Positions 22,574 to 34,398 are shown, counted from the first letter of the whole stretch. The stretch: DNA of 63,375 bases, filler included, from Stramenopiles sp. TOSAG23-6 (GCA_900128565.1; 10 parts of 10 records of this genome joined end to end with filler, not necessarily neighbours in it), one strand, 5' to 3'. A program made the numbers and translations. The notes: generated by a model from the letters alone, not told the origin.

Positions 22574-25500
22574 ATGTGTCATATGTTACTACTAGTAATA
22601 TTTTCTCTTTTTAGAGGCACTCACTCAGCTCAAGAGTTAAAACATTATGAACATTATCGCACCCAGCGTCACACCAGCAGCAGTGTTGAACGACCCTTAA
22701 AAGTATTGCAGTATAATGTATACAATTTTTACGACAATGATTGGTACCATAGGATGAATTTTGAAGAAAGCAAACAACATCGAAGCTTTGCGCAACAAAT
22801 GAGAATTATCAAAGAGTCAGACGCAGATGTTGTTGCTCTGGAAGAGGTTGTATTTAAAAGGCCCGATGGACCTCTACAGACAGCTTATATTTCAGAAAGG
22901 AGATTTCGGCTTGTTATGAAGGCGATGAAGTATTCGATCTTTTATTGTGAAGCTTCGCGAGATTTCGATAACCCTATAAATGGAAAAACGGCACTTTGGA
23001 ATGTTCTTGCCATCAAAGATGAACTTTCCCCCAACTTACATCCACCTAAAACTCTAGTATTAAGTACACAAGATGAAGAACGTAGATGTATATTTTCATC
23101 ATTAAAAAAAAAATATTTTTTTGTACCAAATTTTTGTACCTAACAAATGTTTTTTTTACCGAGAAAAAAAAAATGTTTTCACTATACATGCGTTGTTCAA
23201 GCACACTTTTACTATGGAGGGATAAAAATCACAGCAGCAGCAACTCATTTGTCATTTGGGGAAGTTTCGTACCAAGAAAAAAACCTAGTCAATTTTATGA
23301 AACCATCACGACCATCACTTACAGTATCTTCACATCAAATAATTATCGGAGATTTCAATCATTCAAAAACGGACCTAATATTGTTAAACAGGCATTACGA
23401 AATTGATGAATTTATCGGGAGTACAGGTAATAAGAGAAATCTTAATGGTGAAGCCATAGACCTAATATTTCATACAAAAACGTTGCAAAGTATTGGTAGA
23501 GCTGAAGCTATCAAAGGGTCTAATGTACGTTAATGATGAATTTTAAATTTATTGTTCATTCAAATGTTCAAATGTGTATTTTTTCTTTGCATTTTTCGAG
23601 GAATTGTTTTTGACCAATGCCGAATTTCTACATTTTTTTCATAATACATGTACATTCAGATCATTTTGCAATTCAGCAGTCATTTAAATGGGAAGATACA
23701 CCGTCAAATTCACAAGAGAGAAAGGAAGGCAAATCACGTTTACAGGAACTTATCCTTCAGAGAGTAAGAAAAGTGCAAAATGCTCTACAGAAAAAGTCTT
23801 TACCACAATTACAGCAGGAACGTTGCTGTGTAATGATGCAACTTCCTCAGAGATGTTTGCCTTTAGCGATGCCAGTTTTACCTCTTTGTACCCTTCAATG
23901 CCCTGAACTGTTGACATGTGTCGACAAATCACAGTTAAAACCACCACAACCAAAGCCAGTCAGGCAATTATTACTATGTAATGACACACAGAGTAGTTGT
24001 ATGTATAATCTTCATCATAAATTTAAAATTTATTTTGTTTTCCTAGAAAATTACTTAATGTTTTGTACCTAACAAAAATGAAAATTTTATGACATATTTT
24101 TCCAAAATACATCTGCAGTAAAGGAGTACATTGTAAAAGCTATTTTTTCTGGAAAATCTTTCCCAAGAGATGTATTAGAGAGTTTAGTTAAACAAAATCT
24201 TTTATATCAAAAAGATGTGGAGTTGATATTAAAAATGCAAAAATTACAGACAAAATCTTGTGTTCTTGCAGGTGGTGGTAGAGAGGTCAGTGGTGGTGGT
24301 TTTGGTGGCGGTGCTAGCATGCGTGTTGATGGTGGTGCTGCTGTTGCTGCTGTTGGGGGTGGTGGCGATCGTACTTCTACTGTCCGTTTTGGCACTCGTT
24401 ACGATCGTGCATCAGCTGGTGGTGGTGGTGGTGGTGCTGCTCTTGTCGCTGCTGTCGCTGATGTCGCTCGCGGTCAACTTTTTTTTCCTGGTCTTACTGG
24501 TCTTTTGGCTAGTATTGGTGGTGATAGAGGTGAACGCAGGATCTATCAACCAAATGGTATTTTGTATCTGGGTCACTCAATTGGTGGTGGAGGTGCCAAA
24601 AATGTGCTTCTTCGTATTGTCAAAAGTATGAAATTAGGTACATATCATGATAACAAATCGTTTTTGAAAAAAACAGGTCACAATAAACATAGTAGTAACG
24701 ATCACGTCGCATATGTTACACCACATCTTGAACAAGAGCCACAACCAATGACTATTGAAAATACTATAATCATCTCTCCTGATGCTATTAGCAGACATGA
24801 AAATAGCTATTGGTTTAGTCAGGGTTGGCTGTATGGTAAATTGTCAGGTAATCCAATTGTTGCAGCACGAGAAAATGGTTCAAACATTATTATTGGATCT
24901 CGAAACGGGGGTAAACGTGTAGTATGTAGAAATCTTGAGTATGCATTTGAAGATCCAGTGTCTCCAGAGATTAAAAGTGCTGAATTTGAAGTTGACATTG
25001 GAAGGCAGGGAGGCGAAAAAAGTTGTTATGAAAGCCAACCCGGTAATAATGATGATGCAGCATTATATTACAGTAAAATGTGTTTCCAACGACGTCAAAA
25101 ACTTGATCATGTCTCAACAAAAGTATGCCAAGATGTAATTAAAAAAATGCTCGAAACTGGTTATTACACAAAAGGAGTTAAATTTCATAATTTTGTCGGG
25201 GATTTTGAAAAGACACTCGGTGGAACTGATTATAGACATGGCGAGGCTTGTTTTTGGGGTGGTTTGGATTTACGCAATGTTCAGCGCGTTGACTTATTTA
25301 CAAGGACAAAGGATGAAGAACAACAATTAAAAAACCAACTAAGAATGCAGGGGACAACAAATGTTCATGTGAATGATCGAGATGGTTGTAAGAATTTTTA
25401 CAATTCTCGGGCTCGAAAATATCAACCATTGAAAACACCCGCGAGTAAAAGAGCAAAACGGATTCATGACGTTTTGGAAAATAATAAAATTTACTATTCC

Positions 25501-25731
25501 ACCTACACCATCACTCCTGAGGAATACAAAATATTGAAAGACAAACTTCTTGCGGCTTGCGATGATCTCATGGTTGGTCGGCACATTGCTGTGGAGAGGA
25601 AACACGCAGATAAACCTGAAGTTGGTATTATACAACTCCAAGATGGAACTATTGAGCATCTCAAACCTGAATGGGAAGAGCATGAAGATGAAGAAGGTAA
25701 TAAGTATTACTTTAACGCAAGGCCGATATGA
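22574..25731 (+). CDS. Secreted EEP (endonuclease/exonuclease/phosphatase) protein fused to a Gly-rich linker, ART-like domain and WW/Tudor-like tail; introns 23088-23189, 23525-23649, 23999-24112
   Basis: Signal peptide; LQYNV, ADVVALEEV, ATHLS, IGDFN, IDLIF and SDHF EEP motifs become contiguous after GT-AT splicing. Confidence 0.75.
23088..23189 (+). mobile_element. Introner-like GT-AT intron
   Basis: GTATAT..TTTTGTACCTAAC..TATACAT; ERR-C-VVQA. Confidence 0.8.
23525..23649 (+). mobile_element. Degenerate GT-AT intron (core eroded)
   Basis: GTACGT..AATACAT; KGSN-VHSDHF. Confidence 0.75.
23999..24112 (+). mobile_element. Introner-like GT-AT intron
   Basis: GTATGT..GTACCTAAC..AATACAT; joins to the frame of ORF 24217. 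Confidence 0.75.
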
Positions 25732-26232
25732 GGGTACTGTGGCTACATATGACCATATCACAGGGAAATACACAGTGAAATATGAAGATGGCGATGTGCG
25801 GAGTATGACTTTTCGACCATGAGCCCAAACAAATCTTTTGGGTTATCTCCAAAGATTCCAAAGATCCTAGTGTTGCTGGTGGCGGCCGTATGCGTGGTGG
25901 TGTGTAGAACGGCTTTTTATTATTCAATATCCTTTGTAGGGTCTTTTAATTACATATATACTTCCTTTATTATAAAATTATATATCGTTCGCTCTTCTTC
26001 CAATTCGTGAAAATATACAACTAGCTACAATAAGGGGTACCCTAACCTTTGGTGTTGGATCGTTTGGATGTCCTTCCGAAAAACAAACATCTGCTCCTCC
26101 CCCCCTTTTTTTTTTGACGCGAAAATTCAGAAAATTCAAATCATTATTTTTTTTTTTGTGAACTCGTGAGAGAAACAAAAACAAAACAATCTTCGCGCCA
26201 ATTAACCAATTAAATTCTGTTTGCACGGAGTA

Positions 26233-27551
26233 ATGCCAGCGAGAAGGAAACGTGCATGTAATGCACAAGAAAACATAGATGCTGGAAACAAGAGGACAAA
26301 AAAGATTTCTGAAAAAAAGACAAAGAAAGTGTCCAAAAAAAAATCGAAAAAGACCAGAGAACGTAGTGTTAGTCGAGACGATGACGACTGTGATAGTATG
26401 GCAAACAAAAAGCAGAGACGACTCAGTACAGGTCCAGTAAATATATCTCTAATGGGATTAAATTCCCATGAAGAAAAGTCTGTTGCTGAAGAAGAAAAGG
26501 TTGTTGATAAAATTTCAGAAAGAAAAGTGTCAAAGAAATCCAAAAAAAGTACAAAGACCAAGGCCAATAAGAAAAAACAAAAAATCCAAAAAGAAGCAAA
26601 GGACGCTACGTCTGATGGTGACAGTACATCACTTGAAATTCAAGATACTACTACGGCATCAGCAACGCTACATTCTTTACAAAATATTGTTTCTATTTTA
26701 AATGAGACACTTTTACCGCCATCAAACTCTGAATCGAAACTCCGTCAAAAATTGGAAGAATTGCAAGCCAATTATGATGAGTTGCGAACACTCCGTGAGA
26801 CTGAATCCGAAAAACAGTTACATAAAGCAAAAGAAACGATAAAGAAATTACAATCCGCAAATGAGTCCTATTTAGCTTTTTTCGATAAGGAACAAGAAAT
26901 TTCAAACCCTAACCCTACTGAATCTAAAAATTCAAAAGATGAGATTTTATTGGAGACTGAAAAAAAGCTCGCTGCAAAAAGCTACGAAATTAAGGTTATG
27001 AGAATGTTAACTGGCCTATATGTTAAAGCAGATGAGTCTAATCATAAAAAGTTTCTTTGCACTTCAATTTGTCACAGTCAATCGAGAGCAAGTGAGTTTG
27101 CAATTGTTCTTCCTGAGGATGATGTACGTTTTCATTTGAATATTTTTTTGGTACGAAATTTTGTACCTAAACAAAAAAANTTTTTTTTTTTTTTTNGATT
27201 TTTTTTTTACTATAAAAATCCTCCACCTCACTTTTTTTTTAATTTGTCATATATTCCCCCAAATAAATGATTCAGTAGAGTTCGTGGCCCGTAAGAATGT
27301 CAATCTTTTACCAGATTTTTTACAGGAGCCAATTGCTTTTTCAATGGAAGATGTACGTTTTCAAAATTGAATTTCAAATTTATCTTTTTTTTTTCGTACG
27401 AAATTCCGTACCTAACGAATTTTGACTACATTTTTTTTTCACAATACATGCTCCTGGTGTTATATCACAGGTAACGCATGCCCTTCGCTGGGGCGTTGAT
27501 GACGAGGAGGAAGGCAGTGGAGATGAGAGTGGAGTTGAAAGCACCGGTTGA
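26233..27551 (+). CDS. Monopolin Csm1/Pcs1 (Titan9)-like kinetochore protein; introns 27124-27268, 27353-27449
   Basis: Coiled coil YDELRTLRETESE, then MLTGL and LPDFLQEPIAFSMED-AP, typical of the Csm1 RWD C-terminus. Confidence 0.65.
27124..27268 (+). mobile_element. Introner-like GT-AT intron
   Basis: GTACGT..core..AATAAAT; phase 0 join. Confidence 0.75.
27353..27449 (+). mobile_element. Introner-like GT-AT intron
   Basis: GTACGT..GTACGAAATTCCGTACCTAAC..CAATACAT. Confidence 0.8.
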
Positions 27552-28059
27552 AGTTTCGTTAACCCTAACCCTGCACTTCATATATATATATATCTATAAT
27601 GAATTGGGGTGTCGGGATTAACACTACGTAAATCAACTATATTGAGCTATAAGATGGAAAAAAAAGCTTTTATTAATATTTTCTACATTCTTTTATTACG
27701 GAAGTGAAGCTATTATTATTATTATATTTTACATATTTTGAACATATTTTAAAAGTTAGATTTTGACTAGAGAGATTGTAGTTCTTTTTCTATAAAGTTT
27801 GATCTACTTCCCAATTATACGTTTTTGAATATTTTCTTTTTACATTTTTTTAAATATTTTACATTTTTAAAACGTTTGAAATTCTTTTTTTACATTTTTA
27901 AATATTGAAATGACGTTCTATGAATAGATAAAAAATCAAGAATGAAATCAATGAAACGTTTATATATATATATATATATAATAATTCACTATTTCAACTC
28001 TTGAAACGTGTTTATATGATAAAAACCTAACAAATTGTTGCAGGAAACACTGTAGTCTT

Positions 28060-28725
28060 TTACTTGTAAATGGATGACTCAAATGTTTGATCTTTGGATT
28101 CTTCTTCTACAGCTGGAGGATTTGATGTAGTTGGCAATCCTCCCTCCATTGCACTCACACTATCAGCGCTAACGCGAGTGTAAGCTACGGAAGAATTGAA
28201 TAAACTCTTGTGTAATATTCTAAGGCCACGAAGAAACAAACCCTCTCTTAAATCATCGTCGGCAACCAAATAAATAAACAAAACTAAGAATCGAATCATT
28301 TGATATGTACTTCCAAACAACATACTCGCGGTTGGACCTACTATAGCAGTAGAAACAAGGCAAATTACGTCCCCAAGTAACTCTGTGAAGGCAAAGATGA
28401 ACCAATACACAAGCCACTCTGTCTGTGTAGATTTCTCCTCAATTGCACTAATAGATCTGAATGATTCCAATAAGGGGAAAGGCAAAACAACAGCAACGTA
28501 GACAAGATGAAGGAATGTATCAGCACCAGTCATTAGGAAAATTAAAACACATAAACATACAGACACAGCAAGGACGAATCTGCCTTTTGAGACTCCAGAA
28601 CTTTGCTCAACTTGTCTGAGGATTGGCTGGTTTTCAACTTCTGAGCTGAACTTTGTAGCCACTCGTCTCAGCCGTGCTCCAAGTTTCTGTCCCATCATTC
28701 GTGTATCCCAATCATTTGAACTCAT
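28060..28725 (-). CDS. HVA22/TB2/DP1 (REEP/Yop1) family membrane protein
   Basis: P..ESFRSI..TEWLVYWFIFA with hydrophobic hairpins. Confidence 0.75.
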   Translation of the reverse strand: MSSNDWDTRMMGQKLGARLRRVATKFSSEVENQPILRQVEQSSGVSKGRFVLAVSVCLCVLIFLMTGADTFLHLVYVAVVLPFPLLESFRSISAIEEKSTQTEWLVYWFIFAFTELLGDVICLVSTAIVGPTASMLFGSTYQMIRFLVLFIYLVADDDLREGLFLRGLRILHKSLFNSSVAYTRVSADSVSAMEGGLPTTSNPPAVEEESKDQTFESSIYK

Positions 28726-29144
28726 TTTAAAAAATATACAATCCCTTTGATAAGAAAACCTCTTACGTCTTTAAAAGTTTTTTAAATTTACCCAGCACGC
28801 AGAGAGCAAAGCTGTGCATCTGCCGCAGCCAGTGCAGAAAAATTAACGACAATTTTTTTTTTCTAGCTAGGGTTGGGGGTATTTTAGTAAAATTATGCAT
28901 TGTATTTTGCTTCACACCATGTCATTAAGAAGTAGTTCAACTACTGATTACAGCGATACAGATGGAATTGATGCCAATAAGGCTCTGACGAGTCGAACAA
29001 GGAGCGAAGTTACCCCATTGATTATAGCTTCACAGAATTGGAGGTTTAGGGTTAGGTTAGGGTAGATCTCTCAGGCTCATTTTAAAAATCGTAACAAAAA
29101 ACGTTTTAAAAATCGTAACAAAAACAAGCAATAACCAGAGAAAG

Positions 29145-29958
29145 TCACAACTTCGAATCCATACTTTCTTCTGAATAAACACCCATATATCCAGGAATCA
29201 ATACTCGTTCCATTGTACCAAATATAATATTTTGAGGTACAGGTTTTCGCATCAAATTAGACACAATTTTTTCTTTCACTTTTTCTGAGACAAAAAGAAT
29301 TTCAACATTTTGTGGAACAGTTAAATTGATTTCATGTTGAAAGACAGCTTCGCCATCCCAATTTGTAATGAAAGGGTTACGATTTGGAAATCTATTTACC
29401 ATTGCTTTGGTGTCACAATCACCAACGGTACAAGAGTTAACTGAATCAGTGGATACATATACACCAGCTTTGTTCATTTTCCACTCCTCGAGATAGCCTA
29501 CAGAATGGACCCAACAGCACTTATTTCCACCATCCATTATCATTGCCATTACTTCACTAGTTTTATCATTTGTTGTTATGGTAGATATATTTGCAACAAG
29601 TGAATTTCGCCCAATTTTTCCGAATTGTTTCTGTGGGTTGATGAAAAAACTATCNGTATGNTTTTTCTNTTATGNCACCTGAAATAATGATGAGTACTTC
29701 ATCAATTATCACTGAATGAAGCGTAGTTTCTTGGAAAAACATTGGTGAAAAATAAACTCCACCTCCAAAGCAATAATGTTCTTTCACCTTTCTATTATCT
29801 GGAGAACGTAGTTTGTATCCGTCCTCGGCAATTTGTAAAAGAGTATCAATTCTAGTTTTATGAATAAAATATATACCACTTTCTCTTTGAATTACATCAG
29901 CACCACTAATACAGTAGACTATAGATAATGCAAGAATGCTAAATAGCCAGATATTCAT
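29145..29958 (-). CDS. Secreted protein with an ADP-ribosyltransferase-like domain (apparent frameshift in N-containing bases about 29655-29675)
   Basis: Signal peptide; YFIHKT, GVYFS, GEAVF; two ORFs meet in a low-quality stretch. Confidence 0.5.
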
Positions 29959-30230
29959 TATTCAGACTAGTATGCAGCAATTCAGAACCATAAATTAACG
30001 AATATTATGTTTATCTTATTTGTAATAGTAAAATAAGAGAGGACGAAGTGTGGCCAACTCGAAAAGAGAGACACAAACCAAACGCAAAGGCTAAATCAAA
30101 TGGTTTTTTTGTTTTGAACTTTTTGAGTTGATTGATTGGCCCACACTCTAAAAGAGACGCTAAAAATACTCTAAAAGAGTGTGTTTACTTCTCAAAGAAT
30201 GCTTGTAATGCTATAGAAATACTCCGAATT

Positions 30231-33200
30231 ATGGGAGCGTCCAATTCTCATCTAAGTAAAGTAGACGAATATCTTGTTGACCAAGTTTGTCTGTGGAGTG
30301 GTTGGTTGTTAAAGTCTAAAGTGCAAAGAAACTGGACTCGACGTTATTTTGAGATATATTCCAAGATTCCTTTTGGTTCTGTTGATAATGTTACATCCGT
30401 TCTAGTATACAGAGTTTCTCCAGATGGACCAATCAAAGACATTATAAAACTAAGCGAATTTTGTTGTTTTTCCAGGATTGCAATAGAGAAAAATGCTAAT
30501 GACAACCGAATGCTAGTGCTTGTTACCCGGGAGCAAGTATGGCAAATGAAGTTTGTATCTCCTGAACAGGAACCAAAATTTTCTGCTGCCCTTGCTCGAA
30601 TAATCCCTTTTAAGTCCGTTATCAAAGAAGGATGGATCGAAAAGTTCAGTTGTAAAATCGGAAGTGTAGCTGGGCTTGGAGAAAATGATGGAATTTTCCC
30701 TGGAAAAATATCTCAGGATACTAATCTCAATCGTGTTTCTTCACCTTCTTCATCATCTTCTTCATCATCTGCTGGTGGTAAAGGTAATTTATCAAGTAGT
30801 ACATGCAAGCAAATTGGGTCGACTACAAATCCTTCACCTAGAAAGCAGAAAACACCGTTGGAAGAATCTCTGAAAAGTATTCGAGAAACTCTGATGGGAG
30901 AGTCAGGAAGCTTCAGACAAAGATTATTCGGTTTACGATGTACGTTTTCAAAATTGAATTTCAATTTTTTTTTCATACGAAATTTTGTACCTAAGAAAAA
31001 AATTTCAAATTTTGAAAAAAAACAAATTCACAATACATCCGAATGGAAGCGTCGATATGCTGTTTTATTAGAGTCGAGTACTCTGTTATATTTCACGAAT
31101 GAAAAAATGCAAATTTTACGTGGTTGGATGGATCTCAAACACTGTAAAAATATTAGTTATGCATATAGTACAATTGAGAATGGAAATGTACATTTTCATA
31201 ATCAATTTCATTTTGTTTTTTTTTCATACGAAATTTTGTACCTAACAAAAAAAATCAATTTTTTTTTTAATATTTTCCAAAAATTCATCGACCAGAAATT
31301 TCCTTTTATGATTTGAGACTTCCTCCCAAAGTTTATCATTTTCGTGTACCTAATGATAGTACAGATATAAATAGCGATATTTATATCGATGAGATGAATC
31401 CTAGTAGAGAGCCGTTACGCGTTGCAGAGTGTACCTTTTCATTTCAATTTTAAATTTATTTTTATTTCGTACGAAATTTTGTACCTAACAAATTTTAGTT
31501 TTTTTTTTTTGAAATATTTTTTCATAATCCATGGCTCTCTGCAATGAATGAAACTGTCAAGACTTGTAAAGAGTCTTTAAGTACATCTTCAACTGTATCT
31601 TCAGATATATCTTCAAATACGTCACTGAATAGTTTAGAGTCTGTAAATAAAGCAAAACTAAAACAATTAAAAAAACTAAAAAAACAAAAAAATGTTAAAA
31701 AAACTAAAAACAAAGCTTCAAAAATGAAAAACATTTCTTTTGTTTTAGATCAAAAACAACCAAGAAGAAGACATAAAAAAATTTCAGCTGGATATAGAGG
31801 TATGGCAAAACGTCGAAGTGCGAGAGGTGTCATTCGCTTGCGTGAAGCTGCAGAGAAAGATTTAATGTATACAAAAGAATGTTCGACAAACCCTAACTCA
31901 AACCCTAACCCTAACTCAAATCAACAAAAACTTAAATGTAATAATGATGATGAACATGGGCAAGAGGATACTGTTTTCTTGGATGATGATTCAATTATAA
32001 ATGATTCTATCAAAGAAAATACACAAAATATACAAAATAGTGAGGTAAGATTAGATAAGAATCAAAATAATCAAAATAATCAAAATGAAAAAATTCAGAA
32101 AAAAATACACAAAAGAAATCAAAAACACGAAAATCTAGGAAAATCAAATCATTCAAATGGTGGTGATGTCATAACACGTGTGAAAGTTATTATTCAAACG
32201 TCATCAAATAAAGGAATATCATTAGAATCACAAGCACGAATGTTAAAAAATAGTATTATTTCTGAATATGGAAGAGAAATTTTTGAAAGGCGAAAATCCG
32301 AATTCGAACAGCTATTGCTACAAGCTGCAGTGAGTAATACAAAACTTAATAAGAAGAATCCGAGCGATATTGTTGATGATGATGATACAGTTAATTGTAC
32401 AACAAAGATTAATGATGATGATGTTGTTGATGATGAGACAGTTGATTTTAAAACAAAGATACCAAAGCAAAACAAACAGGAAACAAATAATGATACTTCT
32501 CAAACTCGTCAATGTTCTAGTGCAACGTTGTACGTTTTATTTTTTTTTTTACAGAAAAATCGAATTTTTTTTTCGTACGAAATTTTGTACCTAACAAATT
32601 TTACAAAAAAAAAATTTCACAATATATGTACAATTCTTCTTCAAATGATAATACACAAACAATAGATGATAAAATTCGACTTTGGTCTTCTGGGCTTGAT
32701 TTTCTATCCCTTATCGAAAATATCCATATTCCTATATTTGGTTTTTCTGTATGTCACTCTCTCATAGATTTTAATTTATTTTTTTCATACAAAATTTTGT
32801 ACCTAATGAATTTGAATTTATTTTTTTTCATACAAAATCTCTCTCATGAATTTTAATTTTTTTTTCATACAAAATTTTGTAAAATTATTTTTTATTTATT
32901 TGTTCATATTTTATGCTTTACAAAATCAAGGAAAACAAATTCACTTTAAAGGTCCAGAGGTTGGGGAACTCGTCACACTTCGTGACATTCGGCGTACATT
33001 TTATATGAATTTCTAATTTTTTTTTAAATTTTTTTTTTTCGTACGAAATTTCGTACCTAACGATTTTTTTTTTTTGGTAAAATTTTTTTTTTTCACAATA
33101 TATGTGGCTATCAATTTGCTCTACGTATTTGCCATCCGGATAAGCAAGGGCCTAATGCAAGTGTTGAACAGTTACAACGCTCTGCCGCTGTGTTTCGATT

Positions 33201-33291
33201 GTTGCAAATTAGATATGAAGTTTTAACAGAAACATTCAAAGAAAATGGCAGTGAATCATTTTGTAGAACTTTATCACCCTGGTTGGGATAA
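30231..33291 (+). CDS. Putatively myristoylated PH-PH protein with a C-terminal auxilin-like J-domain; 7 exons, 6 GT-AT introns
   Basis: MGASNS; SGWLLK..WTRRYF; EGWIEK..WKRRYAVL..EWLSAM; DIRRGYQFALRICHPDK; all joins in frame. Confidence 0.8.
30940..31038 (+). mobile_element. Introner-like GT-AT intron (99 nt, read-through)
   Basis: GTACGT..core..CAATACAT. Confidence 0.8.
31188..31288 (+). mobile_element. Introner-like GT-AT intron
   Basis: GTACAT..core..AATTCAT. Confidence 0.8.
31431..31532 (+). mobile_element. Introner-like GT-AT intron
   Basis: GTACCT..core..AATCCAT; T+GG rebuilds the PH-domain Trp. Confidence 0.85.
32530..32627 (+). mobile_element. Introner-like GT-AT intron
   Basis: GTACGT..core..CAATATAT. 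Confidence 0.8.
32749..32914 (+). mobile_element. GT-AT intron with internally triplicated core
   Basis: TTTTTTTCATACAAAA occurs three times; phase 0 join. Confidence 0.65.
32994..33103 (+). mobile_element. Introner-like GT-AT intron
   Basis: Perfect palindrome GTACGAAATTTCGTAC at 33041-33056; joins DIR-R-GYQ of the J-domain. Confidence 0.85.
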
Positions 33292-33389
33292 ACTAACCCT
33301 AACCCTAACTAAAAAAAATACGAAATATCTAAAAAAAAAATAAAACAAATTTATATAACTTTTGGTAGAATATTTTATGTATATACTAA

Positions 33390-33494
33390 CTATAAGCGAC
33401 TTCTATATTGCCTTGAAGAATGTTTTTCATTTCTATTTGATTGATTTTGTATGAGATGTGCCGCTTCGTGGTAGTCTTGCTCTACAGCTAAGTC
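33390..33494 (-). CDS. Terminal exon, ankyrin-repeat-like (partial)
   Basis: DLAVEQDYHEAAHLI..stop directly after a family acceptor AAACACAT. Confidence 0.5.
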   Translation of the reverse strand, partial: DLAVEQDYHEAAHLIQNQSNRNEKHSSRQYRSRL

Positions 33495-33727
33495 ATGTGT
33501 TTTGTAAAAATATTTCAAAAAAAAATACTTAAATTTGTTAGGTACAAAATTTCGTACGAAAAAAAAAATCGANNNNNNNNNNNNNNNNNNNNNNNNNNNN
33601 NNNNNNNNNNNNNNNNTTAATTAATTAANNNNNNNNNNNNNNNNNNNNNNNNNNNNNNNNNNNNNNNNNNNNTACGAAATTTCGTACCTAACGATTTTAA
33701 TTTTTGAAATATTTTTTCATAATCCAT

Positions 33728-34247
33728 GTACGAGTCAAAAGGTCAAATGGACAAAGCAAAGGAAATACGTCGTCAAATAGAAATAACAAGAAAGAATATC
33801 TCTGGACAAATGCAGGAAGTACGTACTAAATATATACGAAATTTAGATTTTTCAAATCCAACTGAAGAAATGCGACAAAATGCGATTCGTCATGGAATTG
33901 ATTTGAATGACTCTGTTACTGTTGAAGCTTTACAAAATATGCAAAAAAAAGGAGATTTTTTATCTTTGAATGATTCAAAAAGTCCTGATGTATTCAATTC
34001 TAATAATTCTCGAAGTTTTTATATAGCAATTTCTGTATTTATTTTCGTTTTGCTTCGATTGTACACATCAGGTTTATTAGGTTCGTTATTAACGTTTTTC
34101 ATGTTTCATAGTGTAAAAAAAACAAATGAAGTAGGGTTAGGGTTACATGGTGATATTGGTGATATTGGTGATAGTGATGACATAGGAAATATTGATATGT
34201 ATACAAATAATGGTAACACTGGATTTGATGACTCAAGAGAATTTTAA
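33728..34247 (+). CDS. Terminal exon of a hypothetical membrane-anchored protein (partial)
   Basis: Open frame after the family acceptor AATCCAT; TM segment FYIAISVFIFVLL. Confidence 0.6.
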
Positions 34248-34398
34248 GTTTTTTAACACTTGTAGAAAAATGTTATTTTGTAAAATGAGTGTATATAAAT
34301 AAATGAAAAATTCGTTTCTTCCTTACAATTTAAAAACTGGACGCACATTCAATATATTAGTCTACGCTCAATCAAAATACTAAAAATATTATATTACT

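Noticed and set aside
22574-23680. EEP domain as the element's mobilising LINE endonuclease
   Set aside because: It has a signal peptide and no reverse transcriptase, and is itself interrupted by the introns.
22574-24112. Interrupted genes as pseudogenes or an alternative genetic code
   Set aside because: Stops lie inside the inserts; exons are clean, and long intronless ORFs read in the standard code.
29650-29680. Real stop or programmed frameshift in the ART-like gene
   Set aside because: It coincides with several N calls, so a sequencing indel is likely.
30939-31037. TG..CA termini (LTR-like)
   Set aside because: The register fails where the preceding base is not T or the end is AAT/TAT; there are no LTRs or coding capacity.
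30940-33103. CRISPR array from the recurring palindromic core
   Set aside because: Irregular spacing, intervening DNA is exonic, context is eukaryotic and no cas genes are present.
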